Assembly (NCBI GenBank): GCA_037481835.1
Contig: JBBFKW010000004.1
Location: forward strand, 78,569-142,568
Direction: 5' to 3'
From: Desulfosoma sp.
Lineage (GTDB): Bacteria > Desulfobacterota > Syntrophobacteria > Syntrophobacterales > DSM-9756
Length of the DNA stretch: 64,000 bases
Shown here: piece by piece, positions 57,628 to 64,000 of the stretch
Layout of the letters: the number at the start of each line of letters is the position of its first letter
How positions within the stretch are numbered: the first letter of the stretch is position 1
Position numbers and translations under genes: made by a program
The notes under the pieces: generated by a model
What the model saw: the letters and a program-made list of their open reading frames with translations, nothing else
What the model was told of the DNA's origin: nothing
The model's database searches: none

Positions 57628-59495
57628 GCCCCTTCCCCCAAACGACCGACCTGAGCCAGCCGATCCGTATACGAGCGAATACCCTGAGAAATGGCCCGCA
57701 CCAGTTCTTTCTGAAAAGCCGCGTCTCTCAGGAGCCGCTCTTCCTCTTCGTTGGAAATGAAACACGTCTCGATGAGGATGCTCGGCATCTGGGCGCCGAG
57801 CAGAACGTAAAAGGGCGCTTGCTTCACGCCCAGATCGCGCAGTTTGTGGCTGGATTCCAGGCGGCTCATGAGCCGTTGGTGCACCTCCCGGGCCAGGCGC
57901 GAGGATTCGTTGATCTTGGTGTTGCGCAACAACTCGTTCAAAATGGCCTCCAAGTCACTGATCTGCTTGGCAGAGGCGGCATTTTCCAAAGCGGCCACCC
58001 GCGCCGACTCTTTGTCCGTGGAAAAATTCAGAAAGTACGTTTCAACGCCGCCGAGACTCCGGTCCGTGTGGGCATTGGTGTGGATGGACAGGAAAAGGTC
58101 CGCCTTCTTGGTGTTGGCGATGGCCGTGCGTTCTTCCAGACTCACGGTCCGGTCCGAGTCTCGGGTGAGGATGACTTCGTAGCCGCCTTCCTTTTCCAAG
58201 ACTCTTTTCAACTGCTTGGCCAAGGCCAGGGTGACGTCCTTTTCGTAGAGCCCCCCGGGGCCGATGGCGCCTTTGTCCTTGCCGCCGTGACCGGGGTCGA
58301 TGACGATGCGCCGCACTGTAAGACCCAGCTGCTCCACCATGCTGGGCATGTCCTTCTTGATGACGGGCCGGGCCTGGGCCGGGGATGCAGGGGGCTGAGC
58401 CGGGGCCGCAGGGGCCGGCGGGGATTGAGAAACCGGAGGCGAGGCCGCCGATGCGGTGGCAGGCCGCCCCGCGCCAGGGGGCGCCTCCGTTTTCCTCTTG
58501 CCCTGCACATCAATCACAACGCGAAAAGGATCGGCCAGGGAAAAGACCCGAAAAGAATCCATGGACTGGAGATCCAGCACCACCCGGGTCTTGTCGTCGG
58601 CGGACGATTCCACGCGCACGTCTTGCAGCAATCCGTCCATGATGGAAATCATGGGCTTCAGTTTGGGCCGGACAGCGCAGCGCTCCAGATCCAGAGCGAT
58701 TCGTGTCGGTTTTTTTTCCTTCGGTTCCGCGGGCAACACGGAGCGGCTGTAGCGCACGGGGCCGTTTAAGTAGACGACCACGCGGGAGTATTCGTCGGCG
58801 GACCAGTGCTGGATCTTTTCCAAAACGGCTTGAGGCGTTTCCCGGGACGGCGCCCCAGCAGGCTCCCGGGTGTCCTTGGGTTTCTTGTCCCCGGCGGAGC
58901 GTTCTGGGGGAGGGGCGGCCTTTTCGTCTCCAGCCGTTGGCCTCTGCGCTCCCGAGGGGGCGGCGGACCGGGCGGCCAAAGCCTCGGCTTTTTGGCGAGC
59001 CCGCGCCGTGAGATCACCCTGGGGAAACAAGACGACGACTCGCGAAAATTCCAGGTACGCCTCGGCCGGGTCTTGAGCTTCCAGGAGGATTCCGGAAAGA
59101 AAGAGAGCATCATCGGCCAAGGGGCTCTGGGGGAAACGAACGGCCACCTGCTTGTAATAGCTCAAAGCCTTCTTGGCATCGTCCTCCGAATGGCGGGCAT
59201 CGTAGAGGTGATGATAGGATTGGGCGATCATGAAAAGGCACCGGTCCGCCAGCCGCTGTTGAGCGTCGTCCCGGAGAATCCCTTCGAATTTTTTGATGTT
59301 CTTTTGGAACAGCACCTGGTTTTCCGGAACATCCAGCCGCCCCAAGAGTCTTTGGTATTCGCGGCGCGCTTCGGCATAGCGGCCGTCCATGTCGCCCTGG
59401 GCGCCCATGACCGCCAAAGGGCACAGCACCCCCAACGCCACGGCCAAAGCCGGGACCCATCGCAGGAGTTGCGGCTTCCTCGGCGCTCCCTTCAT
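57624..59495 (-). CDS. N-acetylmuramoyl-L-alanine amidase (TPR-like + AMIN-like + amidase_3)
   Basis: IDPGHGGKD, EKDVTL, SIHTN, APFYVL, ILIE..FISN. Confidence 0.92.
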   Translation of the reverse strand: MKGAPRKPQLLRWVPALAVALGVLCPLAVMGAQGDMDGRYAEARREYQRLLGRLDVPENQVLFQKNIKKFEGILRDDAQQRLADRCLFMIAQSYHHLYDARHSEDDAKKALSYYKQVAVRFPQSPLADDALFLSGILLEAQDPAEAYLEFSRVVVLFPQGDLTARARQKAEALAARSAAPSGAQRPTAGDEKAAPPPERSAGDKKPKDTREPAGAPSRETPQAVLEKIQHWSADEYSRVVVYLNGPVRYSRSVLPAEPKEKKPTRIALDLERCAVRPKLKPMISIMDGLLQDVRVESSADDKTRVVLDLQSMDSFRVFSLADPFRVVIDVQGKRKTEAPPGAGRPATASAASPPVSQSPPAPAAPAQPPASPAQARPVIKKDMPSMVEQLGLTVRRIVIDPGHGGKDKGAIGPGGLYEKDVTLALAKQLKRVLEKEGGYEVILTRDSDRTVSLEERTAIANTKKADLFLSIHTNAHTDRSLGGVETYFLNFSTDKESARVAALENAASAKQISDLEAILNELLRNTKINESSRLAREVHQRLMSRLESSHKLRDLGVKQAPFYVLLGAQMPSILIETCFISNEEEERLLRDAAFQKELVRAISQGIRSYTDRLAQVGRLGEGA

Positions 59496-59575
59496 GGCAC
59501 TCCTCCCCCATCGACTCCCTCACAATGACACGAACCGCTGCGGCCGTGCAAGATGATCCGCCCTGTGACGCAGCC

Positions 59576-62284
59576 TCACGCTTCGGGGATCGGAACGGAA
59601 AGGCGCCCCGGCATGTCTTCGGTACCGGGGGTCTCTCCATGCTTGGGCGATCCCCCGGCAGGTCGCCTTTTAATCTGTTCCTGGAGGCCATAGAGGGTTT
59701 TCAAGGCCGCCAGGGGCGTCATGCGATCCAGGTCCAGAGCCATGATGGCGTCCCGCAGCCACTCCATGCTCGGCTGGAACAGACTCATCTGAAAACCCGC
59801 CTTGGATCGGCGCCGTGGGGCCGTGCGGACGGAATCCTTGGGCCTCTCAGGAGGCCTGTGGCTTCCCGCTTCCAGTTGGCTCAGGATGTCCTGCGCCCGA
59901 AGGATGACCTCTTGGGGAAGCCCGGCGAGCCGTGCCACGTGAATGCCGTAGCTCTTGTTCGTCCCGCCGGGAAGGAGCCGATGGAAAAAAACGATGTCCG
60001 TCTCGAATTCCTTGACGGCCACGTTGTAGTTCTTGACTCGAGGCAGCCTTTCCGCCAGCTCGGTGAGTTCATGGTAGTGGGTCGCAAACAGGGTTTTCAC
60101 GCCCACGCCGTCCAGGTCGTGGAGGTATTCCGCCACGGCCCAAGCCAGGCTCATGCCGTCAAAGGTGGAGGTCCCCCGGCCGATTTCATCCAGAATGATC
60201 AAGCTCTTGGGTGTGGCTTGATGGAGGATATTGGCCGTCTCCTGCATTTCCACCATGAACGTGGAACGGCCGCGGGCCAGGTCGTCGGACGCGCCCACTC
60301 GGGTGAAAATGCGGTCCACGATGCCGATTCGAGCTTCGGACGCGGGGATGTAGGCTCCCATCTGGGCCATGAGCACCAGGAGAGCCGTCTGGCGCAGGAT
60401 GGTGGACTTGCCCGCCATGTTGGGTCCCGTAATGATGAGAACCTGCTGGGACTCGCCGTCCAAGTGGACATCGTTGGGCACGAAGGCGCCGTCGGGCAAG
60501 AACCTTTCCACCACAGGGTGGCGGCCGTCCCGAATGTGGATGACCTCACCGTCGTCCACCACCGGCCGGCAATAGCCGTACCGGGTGGCGGTTTCCGCCA
60601 GGGCGGCGAAGACATCCAGGAGGGCGATCCTTCGCGCGGCCTCCAAAATCCTTTCGGACCGTTCCGCCACCCAGGCCCGAAGAGCCTCATAGAGCCGTTC
60701 TTCCAACTCCCGGCGCTTTTCATCCGCCTGGAGAACCTGTTCCTCGAAGGTCTTGAGTTCTTCGGTGATGAACCGTTCGGCGTTGACCAGGGTCTGTTTG
60801 CGCACGTAGTCGTCCGGAACCAAGGCCAAGTTGGCCTTGGACACTTCAATGAAGTACCCGAAGACTTTGTTGTAGCGCACCTTGAGGGATCCGATGCCCG
60901 TCCGTGCCCGTTCCCTCAGCTCATAGTCGGCCATCCAGCCCTTGGCGTCCAGAGCGAGACGCGTGTAGTGGTCCAGTTCGGCATCCACGCCGCGACGGAT
61001 CACCCCGCCTGCGCCCAGGGAGTGGGGCGGCTCGTCCACGAGCGTTTCGGCGATGCGCTGCGCCACATCTTCCAGGGAATCCCAACGGGCCGCCACTTCC
61101 GCAAGAAGATCACAGGCCGCCGCCTCGAGCAGGGCCCGCATTTCCGGCAAGATTTCCAAGGAGCGTCGAAGCGCCGCAAGATCCCGCGGGCCCGCCGTGC
61201 CCACACTCACCCGACCCACGATCCGCTCCACGTCGGCCATGTGTTTCAGCATGTCCCTCAGCTGAGAGCGCACCCCCCCCTGACGGATCATTTCGGCGAC
61301 GGCGTCCTGCCTTCTTATGATGGACGGAACATCCACCAAGGGATATCGGACCCATTTCTGGAGGAGCCGCGCTCCCATGGGGGTCACCGTCTCATCGAGG
61401 ACGTGCAGCAGGGAACCTTTTCGGCTCGAGGTCGCTGCGGCCGTGAGCACTTCCAGGTTTTTCACCGTCGCCTCGTCCAGCGCCATGAAATCCCGGGAAC
61501 TGTAAGGGGTGATCTTGCGCAGGTGGGCGCAGGCGTCCATGTGGTTGGCCCGCAGATATTCCAGGATGGCCCCGGCGGCGCGAATGAGCAGAGGGTTTTC
61601 GCCGATCCCGAAACTTTCCAGGGAATAGACCCGGAAATGCTCCAGCAGCCTTTCGCGGCACCGTGCCGCATCGAACGCGGCCTCATCCAGAACCGTGACC
61701 GCCACGGGATTGGCCGAGGAAAACTCCGAAAGCCACGAGACGTGTTCGTCGTCCGAAACCAGGATTTCCTTGGGGCTTACCCGGGCCAGCTCGCGCAGCA
61801 CCCCATCCCGCGAGTCCACGTCAACGACCTGAAAATCCCCCGTGGACACATCCACGTAGGCCAGACCGTACCGGTCCCCTTTATGGGCGACGGCGGCGAG
61901 ATAATTGGGATCCTTGGCCGACAGGTTTTGGCTTTCCACAACCAGACCCGGCGTGATGACCCGGGTCACTTGCCGTTTCACCAAACCCCGTGCCTTCTTG
62001 GGATCCTCCACCTGATCGCACACGGCCACCTTGTATCCCGCCCCCACAAGGCGTGCGATGTACCCTTCGGCCGCGTGGTAAGGCACGCCGCACATGGGCA
62101 CGGGCTCCTCGGCGTTCTTGTCCCGGGAGGTCAGGGCGATATCCAGGATGCGGGAGGCCGTGACGGCATCCTCGAAAAAGAGCTCGTAAAAATCCCCCAT
62201 GCGGTAAAGAAGCAAGGCCTCGGGATGCTGGGCCTTGATGTCCAAATACTGCTGCATCATGGGGGTGATTTTGTTCATGGCCAT
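59576..62284 (-). CDS. mutS: DNA mismatch repair protein MutS
   Basis: [46 protein letters not shown]. Confidence 0.98.
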   Translation of the reverse strand: MAMNKITPMMQQYLDIKAQHPEALLLYRMGDFYELFFEDAVTASRILDIALTSRDKNAEEPVPMCGVPYHAAEGYIARLVGAGYKVAVCDQVEDPKKARGLVKRQVTRVITPGLVVESQNLSAKDPNYLAAVAHKGDRYGLAYVDVSTGDFQVVDVDSRDGVLRELARVSPKEILVSDDEHVSWLSEFSSANPVAVTVLDEAAFDAARCRERLLEHFRVYSLESFGIGENPLLIRAAGAILEYLRANHMDACAHLRKITPYSSRDFMALDEATVKNLEVLTAAATSSRKGSLLHVLDETVTPMGARLLQKWVRYPLVDVPSIIRRQDAVAEMIRQGGVRSQLRDMLKHMADVERIVGRVSVGTAGPRDLAALRRSLEILPEMRALLEAAACDLLAEVAARWDSLEDVAQRIAETLVDEPPHSLGAGGVIRRGVDAELDHYTRLALDAKGWMADYELRERARTGIGSLKVRYNKVFGYFIEVSKANLALVPDDYVRKQTLVNAERFITEELKTFEEQVLQADEKRRELEERLYEALRAWVAERSERILEAARRIALLDVFAALAETATRYGYCRPVVDDGEVIHIRDGRHPVVERFLPDGAFVPNDVHLDGESQQVLIITGPNMAGKSTILRQTALLVLMAQMGAYIPASEARIGIVDRIFTRVGASDDLARGRSTFMVEMQETANILHQATPKSLIILDEIGRGTSTFDGMSLAWAVAEYLHDLDGVGVKTLFATHYHELTELAERLPRVKNYNVAVKEFETDIVFFHRLLPGGTNKSYGIHVARLAGLPQEVILRAQDILSQLEAGSHRPPERPKDSVRTAPRRRSKAGFQMSLFQPSMEWLRDAIMALDLDRMTPLAALKTLYGLQEQIKRRPAGGSPKHGETPGTEDMPGRLSVPIPEA

Positions 62285-62305
62285 AGAAACTCTAAGGCAC
62301 GCTCT

Positions 62306-62686
62306 TTAGGCGGGAGTGTCGGAAGCCTGGTGCTCCGGCGCCGTTTCCCGGGGCGGACCTTCCACGGCCTGGGGCTCCGGCATGCCGGCTTCTTCGGCGG
62401 CCTTGGCTCTCTCCCCCAGAAGCCGCTCTTTTTCGAGGCGTTCCGCTTGGAGAGCCTTTCGCGTGTGGTAGAAAGGTCGAAACATCAAGGCCAGGCCGAT
62501 GACGAGGCCCACGAACCCGGAGAGGAAAATCACTGTGGAGACCTTCAGGGACCAGCGCACATCTTCCCGGATGAACAGATACAGGCTGAAATCCAGATCC
62601 CTCTGAAAGGTCGCCATGTTCTGCCGCACGAAAAGCACGATCACAGCCAGGAGCAAAAGGGTGGTAAACAGCCTAAAGAGCTTCAT
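62306..62686 (-). CDS. LapA-like (lipopolysaccharide assembly) small membrane protein
   Basis: TM-F.RQN-loop-TM-basic coiled tail architecture. Confidence 0.6.
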   Translation of the reverse strand: MKLFRLFTTLLLLAVIVLFVRQNMATFQRDLDFSLYLFIREDVRWSLKVSTVIFLSGFVGLVIGLALMFRPFYHTRKALQAERLEKERLLGERAKAAEEAGMPEPQAVEGPPRETAPEHQASDTPA

Positions 62687-63173
62687 GCGCCTTCTCCTTT
62701 TCAAAATGCGGTCGCAACTTGTCGTATGTTTGCCTCAGGTGCTCGGGAATGCTCCGCACATCGGCAAAAACCGTCATGAAATTGGTGTCCCCTTCCCATC
62801 GGGGCACCACGTGGAAATGCAGATGGCTTTCCACGCCGGCCCCCGCCGCCGCACCCAGATTGAGCCCCACGTTGAATCCATCCGGCCTCATAATGCGGCG
62901 AAGGATCTTCACGCAGTCCTGCACCTTTTTCATGAGGTCGGTCATTTCCTCATCCGTGAGGTCTTCCAGGCCGGCCACGTGGCGCCACGGGGCCACGAGC
63001 AGGTGGCCGTTGTTGTAGGGGTATTTGTTCATCATGACCATGGTGCGTCGGCCGCGATAGAGAATGAGCCGCTCTTCGTCACTCAGCCCGTCGCCTTCCG
63101 GGCAGAAAATGCAGTAGGGTTCCCGTTTGCCCAAGATGTATTCCATCCGCCAAGGCGCCCAGAGATTCCGCAT
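62673..63173 (-). CDS. HIT-family nucleotide hydrolase
   Basis: LWAPWR, CIFC, NKYPYNNGH, HLHFHVVPRW. Confidence 0.92.
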   Translation of the reverse strand: MRNLWAPWRMEYILGKREPYCIFCPEGDGLSDEERLILYRGRRTMVMMNKYPYNNGHLLVAPWRHVAGLEDLTDEEMTDLMKKVQDCVKILRRIMRPDGFNVGLNLGAAAGAGVESHLHFHVVPRWEGDTNFMTVFADVRSIPEHLRQTYDKLRPHFEKEKAHEAL

Positions 63174-63183
63174 GATCCCACTC

Positions 63184-63660
63184 CTAAAGCCTCACGATTT
63201 CCGCATCCAGCGACCTTCCCACATGGAGCACCGCCAGGGTCCGCCCCGAAGAGCCTCGGCCTGAAAAAGCCGAACCCGGATTGACCAGGAGCCTCCCATC
63301 GACCCTTTCCACAAGCGGCCGATGAGTATGCCCGAAAAGAACGGCATCGGCCGTATTGAATTCCCGAAGGAGGTGCGTCCTGACATCGTCGCCGTAGCCC
63401 CAGCCGTGGGTCAAGCCGATCCGGAAAGCCCCCACCCGGATGATTTTCTTCGTGGGCAGTCGAAGACGCACCCCCATGTCGTCCATGTTGCCGCACACCC
63501 CTTCCAAACGGTACTGCTCGAAATAATCCAACACACACGCCGCCGTCCAGTCTCCCAAGTGCACGACCATATCCGCCGGGTCGCAATAGAGGCTGCACAA
63601 GGTCTGCAGGTCCTGCGTGACGGTTGCGAGATGGGTGTCGGAGAGCACCACGATTTTCAT
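63184..63660 (-). CDS. YfcE-like metallophosphoesterase
   Basis: SDTH, HLGD, GNMD, THG, GHTH, NPGS. Confidence 0.92.
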   Translation of the reverse strand: MKIVVLSDTHLATVTQDLQTLCSLYCDPADMVVHLGDWTAACVLDYFEQYRLEGVCGNMDDMGVRLRLPTKKIIRVGAFRIGLTHGWGYGDDVRTHLLREFNTADAVLFGHTHRPLVERVDGRLLVNPGSAFSGRGSSGRTLAVLHVGRSLDAEIVRL

Positions 63661-63756
63661 GATCAGCCGCCGCTCGATTCAAAAAATGCTTTGAATACCA
63701 ATGGTTAGTTGAGCATATAGCAGCCGGGCCCGGGAAACACAAGGGCTTTTTGTGCT

Positions 63757-64000
63757 TCACGGCACGGTCAGCTCGATTCTCCCCCATGCGGCCAGGCGAT
63801 CCCCAAAGACCGCCAGGGCGCCGAGAACGCCGGGCACAGATTGCGCCCAGGCCAAGGCCGGCTCCAAATCTTCTTCCCGCCCGATGCGGTTGCCGAAAGC
63901 CGTGGCGCAGGCATCGGCCAAGGCCGCGTCCTTGGAAAGAATGGTGGCCGCATCGGCCCGTCCGAAGCTCAGGGAATGGCCGAGGGTGCCCGAGGAGGTG
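63757..64000 (-). CDS. UPF0280/ApbE-like protein, C-terminal part (5' end outside the window)
   Basis: Manual translation: TSSGTLGHSLSFGRADAATILSKDAALADACATAFGN...WGRIELTVP*. Confidence 0.8.
   Translation of the reverse strand, partial: TSSGTLGHSLSFGRADAATILSKDAALADACATAFGNRIGREEDLEPALAWAQSVPGVLGALAVFGDRLAAWGRIELTVP

Noticed and set aside
59525..62779. 1084-aa + strand ORF
   Set aside because: Antisense shadow of mutS in GC-rich DNA; no recognisable motifs.

Overview
GC-rich chromosomal window that is mostly core genome. Gene content (KorAB, Sat-CysC, TtuA, polyamine genes, PEP-CTERM, fused HisHF, Tat-type DUF362/ferredoxin module) suggests an anaerobic, probably thermophilic Desulfobacterota-like bacterium; this taxonomy is inference only. 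It holds about 45 protein genes, including tamA-pagL-tamB, korAB, polA, ttcA, mutS, lnt, prfB with its +1 frameshift, and nadK, plus two tRNAs (Arg-TCG, Lys-CTT). No integrase, transposase, cas gene or true CRISPR array is visible. The most unusual items are: (1) 18 diverged 36-bp palindrome units inserted in frame, as a duplicated block, into a glycerophosphodiester phosphodiesterase gene, apparently derived from a REP-like element that also occurs free in the window; (2) a lysine 2,3-aminomutase + two ATP-grasp ligases + GNAT cluster that probably makes an unknown beta-amino-acid conjugate; (3) a Tat-motif-rich DUF362/polyferredoxin/aldo-keto reductase module; (4) a PEP-CTERM gene with an AT-rich middle and GC-rich ends; (5) several small REP-like repeat families. 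All assignments come from motif reading; no database searches were run.
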